Part shown: in pieces, positions 39,376 through 51,216 of the stretch
Layout of the letters: each line of letters begins with the position of its first letter
Numbering within the stretch: the first letter of the stretch is position 1
Assembly: GCA_051362555.1 (NCBI GenBank)
Contig: CM120648.1
Span: 7,622,587 to 7,686,586 of the forward strand
Direction: 5' to 3'
Length of the DNA stretch: 64,000 nucleotides
DNA from: Lingula anatina
Taxonomy: Eukaryota; Animalia; Brachiopoda
Translations under genes and position numbers: made by a program
The notes under the pieces: generated by a model
Told to the model about the DNA's origin: nothing
Databases searched by the model: none
What the model saw: the letters and a program-made list of their open reading frames with translations, nothing else

Positions 39376-40818
39376 ATGATAATGATAAGACATTGGTTTT
39401 GTGGTCATTTTCTCGTTCTATCTCTGTTTTGCGTATGTCTTTACGTTATGAGAATAACTCTAAATACAAGAGCCGTGTCTTTGTGTGGCGGGAACAGGGA
39501 GTGTGTTCAGAAAGATAGATGGCGTGCAGGATCCCCTTGCTTGCACTCCAGTTATAAAGATGACATCAAAGTGAACTGGATGACCCGATTAGGACCCTTG
39601 ATTGCAAAGAAAAAATTAAGCGACTTGATGTTACCTGGAACACACAACTCAGGTTCGTACTCTATCCACAATGCCAGTTACTTAGTGGAACATTTGCTGG
39701 CGTCTAAAATCGCCCAAGTTGTCGCTCCTAGCTTTTTGATAGGCTGGGTCCGTAACCATGACGGCGATTTCTTCTCCCAGCTTCAGGCGGGATATCGCGT
39801 TTTGGATCTTAGGATTTGTGCATTAAAAGCAGGCGGTGATTTCTACTGGTGGCACGGGATCACGGGGAAGGAAATTTCGGAAGGGTTGGCCTTAATTGCC
39901 CGTTTTGCACGAGAGAATCCCAAAGAGCTCATAATATTAACAGTTTCTCATTTAAATGAGCCTGGCTCTATTTGGGGAGCAGCAAAAGTTTCCATGTCGT
40001 CTGCTGCATTACAGAGACTTGGCAAACATCTGTTTCGGTACCTTGGACCTTACCTGTTACCAGTTCGTTATTTCAACGGGACCAACACAGTGGGGAATAT
40101 ATGGAAAACCAAGAGAAACGTTGCAATTTATTTTGACGGGGTAGAACTTAGTTCCCTCGGGTTCCCTCACCTATATCTGTACAACACAGAGCAGCAGTAT
40201 ATCAAAAGTACTTTTGAGTTTAAAACAAATCCGCGTGATGTTTTCAAAAGTAGAGCAAGAATTTTAGCAATGGACAGGATACGTTACAAGAATGATTTAA
40301 CTTACAGCGCTGTAGTCGTGACCCATCAAACAAAAAACCTAATCGGTGCAGTGTTAGGCTTCCAAGCTGTACAGATAATTATTTTGATCATGTTCTGCTT
40401 CTTGAGCATTAATCGTCTGACTAAGAAAAGACTGCCCCGCAAAGATTATGTTTGGGCGAGAACTTTTGGTATTGTTGCAGTGTTTGTGACTTTTGGTAGT
40501 ACTTTGCCATTACTGCTACGCATGGCGCTAGGGTTTGAAGGCTGTGCGAGTACTTTGTTAGAAATGGCACATTTTGCAAACCGCATGGGAACATGCTGTT
40601 ATAACGATGGGCATGTAACCCCCTCAGTCGTAGAGGATAGAGCAATCACTTTCGTTGATATCAGGGATTCCACCAGTGCTTCAGTAACTGGTATAAACTC
40701 TATGTTGCAATATTGGTGTTTAGAGAAGTACGGCTCATACAAATGCAATATTATCACTGTTGATGACTTCCGATCAAGTAATGCTGTAGATGTTGCCATT
40801 AGTTTTAATAAGAGATGA
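39376..40818 (+). CDS. PI-PLC X-domain-containing (PLCXD-like) protein with extra TM helices, single coding exon
   Basis: Motifs LSDLMLPGTHNSGSY, QLQAGYRVLDLRI, WWHG, FARENPKELIIL and C-terminal NIITVDDF; N-terminal hydrophobic anchor. First ATG at 39376. Confidence 0.85.
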   Translation: MIMIRHWFCGHFLVLSLFCVCLYVMRITLNTRAVSLCGGNRECVQKDRWRAGSPCLHSSYKDDIKVNWMTRLGPLIAKKKLSDLMLPGTHNSGSYSIHNASYLVEHLLASKIAQVVAPSFLIGWVRNHDGDFFSQLQAGYRVLDLRICALKAGGDFYWWHGITGKEISEGLALIARFARENPKELIILTVSHLNEPGSIWGAAKVSMSSAALQRLGKHLFRYLGPYLLPVRYFNGTNTVGNIWKTKRNVAIYFDGVELSSLGFPHLYLYNTEQQYIKSTFEFKTNPRDVFKSRARILAMDRIRYKNDLTYSAVVVTHQTKNLIGAVLGFQAVQIIILIMFCFLSINRLTKKRLPRKDYVWARTFGIVAVFVTFGSTLPLLLRMALGFEGCASTLLEMAHFANRMGTCCYNDGHVTPSVVEDRAITFVDIRDSTSASVTGINSMLQYWCLEKYGSYKCNIITVDDFRSSNAVDVAISFNKR

Positions 40819-43238
40819 ATTGTAAAAATGTCAGGAAATAGGTCAGGGTGCCTCTCCTTGAAAATATTTATATAGTTGATGTTTTCTCGACCTTCAGCTT
40901 TAATGTTGACTACCTTCTTCACTGCCTTTCGAACTCGCAACAACTTTTGGTTTTTGGAAATTTGCAAACAATGAAGCCGTCTAGCTTCCGATCTGAAACC
41001 TAGAGAAATGGGGCTATAGGAGACAGTTAATGGTACGATACAGGAAAAGCAGATCTCCCCCTTAGCAGTTGATCCAACCCAAAGAGCTGGCGGCTCCAGC
41101 GTTTTGTCAAAGGGTGGTAGCAGAAAATGCAGTTGATAAGTAGGCCTACTTACCTGGCAAGTATAAAATGCAAGTTGACGAGGACGATTCGCCCGTAATG
41201 TGTACGGATAGGAAAATACTTGGTTGTTTCGCGTTTCCATTTTTACAGTATTTAAACAAGGGGATAAGAGAGGGATACCTCCAAACAAAATGGCGTGCAC
41301 TTGACCCACATTCCCAATAGATCCGGATGACTTTTGGGTCTAGTTTTTTACTTTATCTTTATACATGTATAACTTTAACATACTAGCCCTGTAACAGTCC
41401 CACGTGTCAAACACACTTATAATAGACCCTTATATCCAAGATACTAATGGTAGGCATACTGGTATGTGCTGCAATTGTATTTTTGATACGTGTGTATTTA
41501 ATTAGAGTTTGAATAATGGATTATGTTTGCGGTGGCAGCAAGTACAAATGTTCACGTTGCTAAATGAGAATAAGTCCATGGACATTTATGTATTAAACCA
41601 GCCGTCTAAAAAGACTCGACTCATTATGCATATACGGGTACAGCTGATGAATTGCTATTTTCATATTAAATGAATATTTCAAAGCCCATTCGCACTGACG
41701 TAGGTCATTAATGGCCATGCAAGCATGATTATTAGCCGTGCCCTGTATAACGCGACCAGCGACTTTCTCCAAACAGGGTTGGCAGGCAATTTTTATTTTC
41801 TTTTATTGATAATTATTATTATTATTTTTATCTTTTAAGCATGTAATGTTTTTTTTTTCAAATGGACAGTATAATCAAATCACAATGTGAAATACGTACA
41901 TTTTACTGTAATTTGCTTTGCACTGTTAGTTTAGGTAGGTATACTAAAAAGGAAATGTGGTAATGTGATTATGAATTAAATATACATTAAATGTTGAACT
42001 AAACGTAACTTAACACAAAGCTCTAGAAGTAGCGTCGTTTGAATACCATGTGTCGATCAAACGTGATCATAGCCACAAACAGCATTAAGGGCAGTTTAAG
42101 AAATATGTGCGTTATAAAAACAAGTTGCATATTTGACTGAAATGATATAATGGACAAAAATATCTTTTATGTGAAGAAATATTTCCTTAAACTTTCATTG
42201 TGTTTGCTCTTTTATTTCTCACTTTTTTATTTAAAAAAAAAAGAACATAAAGCAATGTACAGAAGTCGAAAATGAATTTTTCCCTCTCTTATCTTTGGTT
42301 AATGTCTGTAAGTATTTTCTCACTTACTACTGTGTATAAAAGTTGAAAGGCCGACAGAGAATATTAAAAAAGCTCCAAACCCACGCTTAAGCAATGATTT
42401 TTCAATTTATTCCGCCACCTCCTCGAGCCCAATTCTCGCACTAACTTTCCGGTTCCACGCGAGTTAAGGCAGAACCAAGATCGGTGACCGGCGGAGTGGT
42501 TCGGCCAGTTAATCTGATTATTTGCGCAACACTAATTAATAGATTTTATCTAATTAATTAAAATATTACCAAAAGTATTACTCGTCCTCGGGTATGTTCT
42601 ACAAGAAGTGGGTTAGTGTGCTTTTAAATCCCCCGCCTAGCCGCTTAATTCCACGGTACTCAATATGCGAAAAAAGTATCATTAGAATAGGCTATTTGGT
42701 TTTGTTATTTTAAAGTTTAAACTGTTTTTAATGCCCAAAATGTAAAGGAATGTTTATTGGAACATTTTTATTAGTGTGTTTAGACCTTACACGGGTCCAT
42801 ATGGGTAATCGGTGACCTGTGACATAATTTATTCATTTAGTCGAAATTCGGCTATATGGAGTTTAAACTTGAGCGGGACTTTACTTGATTACCCCTTCTG
42901 GTCGTTCATAAAGGGCATTAGAGACCAACTAGCCTTGACAGTGTTCTACGACTGGTTACAGCTAGTTGTCTTTTAATGTGATATATGCACTTTCACTGGA
43001 GACGATAGCCTTGACAGTGTCCTGCATGTACGACTGGTTACATATAGATGTCTTTTAATGTGATGTATGCACTTTCACTGGAGACGTGTAGGCGCACCAG
43101 TATCAGGTAACACTAAGGTATGCAGTGTTTTTTCCAATGGATCAAGTTAATGTTTCACTGACGCGCTCTAGGACACGGTTCGTAAACACTGCAGTGCAAT
43201 TAATCGTCCCATAACGAGTGATGCACAGGTAGCGTCCA

Positions 43239-45046
43239 CCCAGATAGCAAGCATACGTTGGGCCAACGTAGGGGAATCGTTGGTTTGTTGGCATATAGTT
43301 GGCGTTGGTAGTCATACGTTGGCCCAACGTTGGCCCAACCACATCATAATATGCACAACATAACTGCAATATGCTCACGTTGGCCCAACGTTGGGCCAAC
43401 GTGTGCATATTTATTTCATACGTTGGCCTAACGTTGGGCCAACGTATCCAATTAACAACTCAATAGAAATGAAAAATGTTTCTGTTATAATAAAAATGTT
43501 TCTGTTCACAACTAAGAATCACATTTGCTTATCTATTGATCAGTAACATATAGTTTTTAGAATTAAAAAATATAATTTTTTTTTATGAAGAGTTTGTCAA
43601 ATTCCTTGGGTTAAAAAACAGTTTTCTGCTTTTATTTGTCTTCCAAGCTATACACTCTTATATATAGGTGCAGCACACTCTTCTGTGACTGGTTAGACAA
43701 ATATATTGAGGATACATCCAACTAATTGTGCTTTGCCAAAGATCACACAGGTGCAGGACAGGAAAGAGAGGAAAAACACAAAGATTGAACTCATATGACC
43801 ACTCACACTGACTTGATTTTTAAAGAGACAATGTCTGAGATTTTGCCTGGAGGAAGAGACTGTGATTTTATAGACTTGACATATAACTTATGAAAAGCAT
43901 CTTACCTGACATTAACAAGGGTTTCTGGTTTAAAATTTAATTTAATGAAAATATTTTTAAAAATTGAAATGGGGCAAAAAACACTTTACTAGTAGTAAAA
44001 TGCCTTGACTCCAGGAATAAGGTGAAAAGTCATAGGACTGTTGATATTTTTTCTTGATGTGAATCATGTAACAATTGATATAAGACACACTTATTAATGT
44101 TTAAATTTAATATTATAATATCTTATTAAAATTTTCTTTGCTGTCTTTTTGTATTATATTTCAATTCACATATCATTATTAGTTGGTATAAGGTATTTGT
44201 TTTATGTAATGTTATGAATTAATTAAACAGTTCAAAATATATCACTAATCTTTTGTTTTAACCACAATTATTAATTGACAATTTTCCAGGTGTAGTGTAA
44301 ATGATCACAGGCAGATGTAGTCCTCTGAAGGATTCATCCCTTAGAAAGCTTGCTAATTTTTCAGTCTATCTTGCAGTTTGCAGATTTCAGATGCTCAAGA
44401 TATGTCATCACGACATTGATCTGCCTGTGCATCAGACGTGTAATTACAGTGCCCTACTACCTATATGATTCCAAAAAAAAATATTTTGCCTTTAGCTCAA
44501 TGTTGGGTCACTGTAAATCACTGTGCCCCTGGTTTAAGGTTGGGTCATAATTTGTTGTGCAAATTGCAGATAACTTGGTGACCAGTTGGCCTACCGTTGG
44601 GCCAATGCAGATGCATTGTTGGTTTGAGGTTGGGTAATTGTTGGACTGATGTTGGTTATAAGTAGAACCAACGTAAATGCACTCTTGGTTACAGGTTGGG
44701 AAATTGTTGGGCCAATGTTGGTTATTAGTTGGCCCAATGTAGGGCCAACGCAGTTTGGTTGGGAATACGTTGGACTGATGTTGGTTATTAGTAGAACCAA
44801 CGTAAATACACTGTTGGTTACAGGTTGGGTAATTGTTGGACCAATGTTGGTTATTAGTTGGCCCAATGTAGGGCCAACGCAGTTTGGTTGGGAATACGTT
44901 GGCAATGCGTTGGCATTAAAAAGACGTTCAGCCAACCGTTGGCCAAAGTGAGCACTTAGATGGAAACCCAACGTTGGGCCAACGTTGCACGGTCAACCAA
45001 GGCAACGTTGGGCCAACGTTGGCCCAACGTATGCATGCTATCTGGG
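43239..45046. mobile_element. CACTA/EnSpm-like non-autonomous DNA transposon
   Basis: TIR CCCAGATAGCA / TGCTATCTGGG, 2-bp TSD CA/CA, and many subterminal GTTGGGCCAAC/GTTGGCCCAAC repeats at both ends. Confidence 0.8.
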
Positions 45047-45504
45047 CATGCAGTGCTACCAATGTCGGATTAATTTTACCGCTATTAAAAAAAATCTTTC
45101 TTCCATTTTGTGGAGCACGGTTTTTACGTTCGTGCGGCATGTAGTAAGCATGTTGTGTTCATGCAATGAGAAAAGCCCATCCAGTACGCTAGTACTTATT
45201 TTATTTGTTTACAAGTATTCCAAAAGTTATAATGCATTGTATCCGAATCTGATTATCGGCCCATGAATTACAGATACCGGCATATGGCAGATAGGGCGAA
45301 TTTTTGGCACAAAGCACTCCATGGCTTTTATTTTGTCGTTGACGCTAATGTCAACTCACTTTCTTCATTCATTAACGGCATTATTTCTAAATAATTTTCT
45401 CTTTCCTTGTGATTCTTAATCAGTTTTCATATTTGGCATTTATTGGACGTTTTAGTGACTGAATTAATTAAGTTTTCCCTGTTTTTCAGTTCACCCGCAA
45501 AAAG

Positions 45505-46566
45505 ATGGCAGTCGTCCCCATGAAAATACGGAAAGTCATCATACAAGCATGCGTAATCCTCCTCGCTCTATGGTCCCTTATAAACCTCTATTCTGCATTA
45601 TTTTCCTGCAAGGAAGCCACTCCAGAACCTCCAGCCAATGTTCCGAAACCTGGTGTTGTGATAGACTGGTCATCACTGGTCACTCATACCGAACTTGGGG
45701 GAACTGACCACAGCCCTGACGTCACGAGATTCATCAAGGACAGTTTGATTTTTGCTCCTCAGACGATGGTGTCAGAGTGGCCGGAGAAAGAGGTCAAGGA
45801 CATTTCAAAAGGTCAAAATGTAAAGGACACATCTCAGTTTGGGCAGTCGTCCGCCATTGACAGCATTTTGAACGAGAAACGAAACGGGGTTTTTGTTTCG
45901 GCTGGTGAATGGGATGGGTTGACCTATTCTGACACCATGTATTTGGCGCGAAAACGGAATTGGACAGGGCTTTTAATAGAACCCAACCCTGTCGCTTTTG
46001 TTGAACTTGTTAAGAACCGACCCGAGTCCTTCAAACTGAGTGCCTGTTTAGACTCGGAGTCAAGAAGAAGGACGTATCTAGCTGCTGGAATGTATGGTGG
46101 TTTGGTTGGGAATTTGTTTAATACCCCGGAAGCTCGCCAAGAATTAATGGCAACCGTGGCGAAGTCTTATGAAATATTTTGTTTTCGTTTGGACACCATA
46201 CTTCAAAGTGTGGGCATAGGACACATAGATCTTTTGGTACTTGATATCGAAAATTCAGAGCTGGAAGTTTTACGAACTTTCCCATTTGAAAAGTTTACAA
46301 TCAACATGATCTTGGTGGATTTTAAGGTCCATGACATCCACGGGTTTGGAAGTAAGGATGCCAAAAGAACGGAACAGAAATTTGGGGAAATAAGCGAAAT
46401 ACTTGAACGGTGGGGTTTCCAGGAATGCACAGTGTTTCCCAGGATTCCTCTAAAACTCTCAGCATTAGACGTTTTATATGTAAACAAAAATGTAGATGAC
46501 AGCATATTGTCTCACGAAGGTTATATGCACTACTGCACAAAACATCAGCCTTCTGATAGAAGCTAA
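45505..46566 (+). CDS. FkbM (Methyltransf_21) family / Star-like type II membrane methyltransferase-fold protein
   Basis: TM segment VIIQACVILLALWSLINLY; motifs SQFGQS, NGVFVSAGEWDGLTYSDT...NWTGLLIEPNP, CFRLDTIL, IDLLVLDIENSELEVL. Acceptor at ~45489; AATAAA at 46883 and 46946. Confidence 0.85.
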   Translation: MAVVPMKIRKVIIQACVILLALWSLINLYSALFSCKEATPEPPANVPKPGVVIDWSSLVTHTELGGTDHSPDVTRFIKDSLIFAPQTMVSEWPEKEVKDISKGQNVKDTSQFGQSSAIDSILNEKRNGVFVSAGEWDGLTYSDTMYLARKRNWTGLLIEPNPVAFVELVKNRPESFKLSACLDSESRRRTYLAAGMYGGLVGNLFNTPEARQELMATVAKSYEIFCFRLDTILQSVGIGHIDLLVLDIENSELEVLRTFPFEKFTINMILVDFKVHDIHGFGSKDAKRTEQKFGEISEILERWGFQECTVFPRIPLKLSALDVLYVNKNVDDSILSHEGYMHYCTKHQPSDRS

Positions 46567-48520
46567 TGGCAATATGTCCGCCCCGTGAGCGTGCATTGCA
46601 CATTGTAATTTTAGTAGTACTTGTAGTGATAGAAGTGATAGCATAACGGTCAATCAGTCTGATGTTGAGTCGAATGCATATGTACATGTCCTGGTATATG
46701 CATTTGGTGAAAATGTTGCCCAGTAATGATAATAATAATATTAATAATAGAAGGTGTCCCCATTTAAAATTTCAAGTACATGTGTACTGTACGCATTCGA
46801 AATATCCCGAATACATATTTTGTATCTCTACGCATCCTTAAAAGCTATACCAATCTTTCCAATTTCAAATCTCAAAACCTCAAATAAAAGTAAATGACTT
46901 CGGTTGTTATCTCTAAAATGTACAGAAAGACATAGCCGAAATGGAATAAAAACTGACCATGCAGTCATTTACAACCAATTGCAAATAGTTGATTAAAAAC
47001 ATTTTAATTTAATTTTATTTAAAATACAAGTGCAAAGAAGGGTCGAACAATGATTCGTGAATAGGATAATTTTTTCCAAAGAAAATTCACTTTGGCGTTG
47101 GCTGATTTATCTTGCATGCAATGGGAAACGGGGGTTGAGGGCGGGCACGTAGGCCTACGAACTCCTGTTTTGTCTTCTTGATAGCGAAAAATAATTTCTT
47201 TAAGGGGATGCGGAATACAATACAATATGTTTTATTTTACGTCGGGTAGAAATTAAAGAGAAACATTATCTTTGGATCTTTAATATATTTATATTTAATT
47301 TAACAATTATACGTAATTATAACTGTGAACACGAACAATTTTACACATAATGCTGACTTTTATGTGGATTTTTAACAATAGCCTATAAAGCTACATTTGT
47401 GACAACATTTGAATTTTTTTTTTTTTTTTTTTTTTTTTTTGAGATTTGAAACTCATTATTATTATTATATAGCAAGCAATTTGTTGCCTATATCATGCTT
47501 TTTAGGAGGGAGAAAAAAATGGGAATGATGCGGAATGATAGGGAAATGTGCCGATGTTTAAGTTAGGCATCGCTTGTAAACACAAATGGTTATCTTTTTT
47601 GACGATGCCGAAATCCATTAAATTTGTAGACATAACATTTATTTCAATCATAACACTGCTCAAAAGTGCGTTTTTTTTTTTTTGACAAAAGGGAATCATG
47701 CATCACCTCTTTGTAAGTCGACAATTCCAACCACCCCCCTTTTTTCTTAAAATACAACTTAAATGGCAGACATTCACCTTTTTGTCGTTTCTTTTTCAAT
47801 TTTTTCCATATATATGTTTAAATGGTTCATGAATGTCAGTTCGTGAGCTGTTTGAGCATAGGCCTATACACCACTCAGAGTAGCACGCAGTCCATTGCAT
47901 TACAGTTGAAGCCTACTGATAGGTGGCTGATTATTAAAGGTTTCTGATATGCTTATTGTGTGAAGAAGACTTTTTTACTACTTTTTTTTTAGATCTACCG
48001 GTAGATCTTTAGATATTAAAGATTCTTGTTGATATCCGTTCAATTTTTTATTTTTGCTTTTCGAGGTCTCAAGATCAGATGAGTTGTTAAATCTGTTTTG
48101 ATTGGTTCTCACTTCATACCGAATCTTAATTTTTTTCTGATTGGTTAATAGGGGTGATTGTCTCCTAGGAGACGTCGCACTCGTTTGCTCTATTGCTATC
48201 AATCGGTAAGAATTTTTTTGAGCTCTTAGAAATTATTCTCAATACCACTAACTTTAGGAAATAATGAATCATAAGGTTTAATGCTATTGATTTTTATGTT
48301 ATGTTGTACCTTTCATTATAATTAAGTAAGCAAGTGGGTCTCAGTAAAGAAAAAGAATAAACGTTTAAGTGTAGGCAAACCGACACATGCATTTACAGAA
48401 TAGTTATATTTTATATGTATCTGGCCTTTTATTATTATTTATAGGCTCTGAAAATGTCTGGATTGTTTGTACTATCTTTTGACTTTCAGAGATTTCATAT
48501 GAATATGATTTGGGAGATTC

Positions 48521-48635
48521 TATAAGTTTGATCTTACCATCCAATATTTCATCTGCTTGCAGTCAGATTTCATATTCATATGAATGAAATCTGACTGCAA
48601 GCAGATGAAATATTGGATGGTAAGATCAAACTTAT
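48521..48635. repeat. Near-perfect palindrome with ~55-bp arms
   Basis: TATAAGTTTGATCTTACCATCCAATATTTCATCTGCTTGCAGTCAGATTTCAT mirrored by ATGAAATCTGACTGCAAGCAGATGAAATATTGGATGGTAAGATCAAACTTATA. Confidence 0.9.
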
Positions 48636-49090
48636 ATAAATAGCTATAGACAAAAGAATCTTCAAAAGTCTAGGATGGGTATATATTTATCTTTCACTTC
48701 TCTTTCTTTCTTTTTTTTTGCGTACATTAATTTTATAGTTTCTTGTAATTTATTTAAATATATTATACATCCCTTAATTAGGACTAATGTGAAGGATTTA
48801 TAAATGATTTTGTTAACTTTATCAAGCATGCACTATTTTTATCAAGCATGCACTATTTGTTTTATTCCATTCAAGGTTGTAAAGTGGGAGGTCTTCGAAG
48901 GGGGACCATTTCTGAATAGAATGGCCCCAACCTTCCAAAACTTTGCCGGTGAAGGCAAAGTTTTATGTCACTGGGCCCGCCTCGAGATGGAGCAGGAGTC
49001 CATTACTCCTGCAGGTCGGTTATTGTTTATTGTTGTTCTTTCATGTGTATTTTCTTTAGTATGAATGATAGTCATAATGATGATGAACAG

Positions 49091-49235
49091 CATGGGCGTC
49101 CCCAGGGGGGGCAATGGCCCCCCCTGGAATTTTGGCGGGCATGTTAATTGGGGGTACCCAGCCAATCATTATCTCCCCCTTCAATGACTTTGACCCCCCC
49201 CCCCCCCCCTGGAAAATTTTCTGCAGACGCCCATG
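49091..49235. mobile_element. hAT-type MITE
   Basis: TIR CATGGGCGTC / GACGCCCATG with exact 8-bp TSD ATGAACAG. Confidence 0.85.
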
Positions 49236-51175
49236 ATGAACAGTTGGATGAAGTCTATGAATTGCACCCATTCAGATTCACGCATTTTACTAGCTGGGAC
49301 TCTTTGGGAGATTCTCGCTAAAAGTACAATCCATAGAAACAGCTTAATTGTTTGACAAACCACCTGGCGCAGCTAGAGAGTAATTAACTATGTTCTGATT
49401 AAGCTGATTCCACTGATTACACTGTCCAAAGAATCCCCCCCCCCTTCCAAAGTTGGACAGACCCAACTTGTACAATGTTTGCATCTGAATGCGCCCTAAA
49501 AGTTTGAATTTTTTAAAAAATATACAGGTAGTCTGTAAATTATGTTTGGTTTGAATTGGTTGATATGTAATTGTCTGGTATTTCACTTAGCCCTTCTTGT
49601 ATATGGTACTCTGTTTGTACATGTAATAATTTTTGGTCGTGGTAGTTGAAGAAATAGTTTTCAAGATTTACACTTCTGGTGTTTTTGCTTTCAGTCTCTA
49701 ACTGCACCATGGAGTCTAAGACTTCAAATGACACGGTAAAGAACAAAGTTTTAAAATATATTTAATGTTATACATCTCGGACTTTCCTTTTTTTTATATG
49801 CATTGGTGGAATCATGGTAGCCATTCGTGAAAAAAAAAAATTTGAAAATATTTTTAGAAAGTTTCTTTCCCTTTTCTTGTATAATTTTTATTGCTGTATA
49901 TTTACATTATTCTTTTATTCTCTATTTTCAGGAGGAGAAGACAAGCGTCCAGCTCGTAGGAGTTGCTGGAGAGGCGTTAGAAAACGTCTACGGCGGTTCT
50001 TTACTTTCGGCTGTTGGCGCTAGCGGGGACCACCTTTTTTTCTTTTATTTATATCCTTTTCTTTTTTTTTTTAATTTTTAAAGTACAATTCCCCCTTTTT
50101 TTACAATAATGTTCAAAAGTCCCGAGTTTGTGAAAAAAGAATTTTTTAGTAAATTTTTTAATAAAATGGGAAAAATTGATATAAATAAACATATATATTT
50201 TTTTATAAAAGTAACAACTCCAAATATAATAAAGGGTTGTTGAAAATAAGTAAAAAAATAAGAAAGTTAAAATAACAAATTAGGGATTGGAACATTTGTC
50301 ACTTTGTTTTAATTGTACGCCTTTTTTTATTTTCAGATAGGTCCCATGTGAGCCTATGGGGAGGGCATTTGATGGGTAAGACCTTGGTGGTGAGGTTAAG
50401 ACCAGCTGGTCTGCACAGGGATGGCTATAAGGGGAGAGGAGGAGGCCATCTATTTTTTTTCTTTTACAGACATGAACCAGAGGCATATACTGGCTGGTAT
50501 ACAACAAAAGTGCAATCAAGTATTTGTGATGGGTGTAACTGGAGCAGGCAGATGAAGTTTTTTTTTATGTGTGTGTGTGTGTGTGCATGGGGGGCTGTTT
50601 CTGTTTTCTTCCTTTCTTTCATAATGGACCTAGGGGAAATACATGAAGAGGCAGAGATTGACATATGTATGTGTAGTTTTTCATTTTAACTGGAGCAGGC
50701 ATGACATTCTTTTTTTACGTGTTGAACTTTGTGTGTGTCATAGTAATTTTTTCCAGTTACTTTTAACTCCCTTTTTGTATTTGACTGATTTTAAGAGTAG
50801 GAGGGCTAGGTGCTTCTTTTTCAGAGATTATTTTTCATCTTTTCTATCACTATACATGGTCCAAGAACACATACTATAAGTACTGCAGAGCTAATAGAAG
50901 GTCAGGTCTTTAAAGGAGCAGTCTCCCATCTGCCATAGCATATAGCAAGTAGCTGCCCTTTCTAGCGACAGCATCACAAAGGTACTCTATCAAACTGATA
51001 CTAATGATTTCTGTGGGCTTAGTACATATGGCTTAGAAGTACTGTATTTATGTTATTGGTATACCAAATATATTTTATATAGATACCAGTGTGAACTTAA
51101 TTGAATACCCAGTATTATCAGTATATATTGCAGCTTAATTTGCAATTGTTAAGTTTTTGATGAACTGGCTAAAAA

Positions 51176-51216
<41 letters not shown>

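Noticed and set aside
40599-41309. 236-aa antisense ORF overlapping the end of the PI-PLC-X gene
   Set aside because: GTG start, no recognisable domain, and it spans a probable repeat fragment plus the antisense of a real CDS.
44591-45266. Repetitive ORFs (VGPTLGQ.../NVGPT...)
   Set aside because: By-products of CACTA-like subterminal repeats.
38467-46566. Intronless bacterial-type enzyme ORFs as contamination or a prokaryotic operon
   Set aside because: They have eukaryotic type II anchors, upstream splice acceptors and interspersed host-type transposons, and are contiguous with intron-containing genes.
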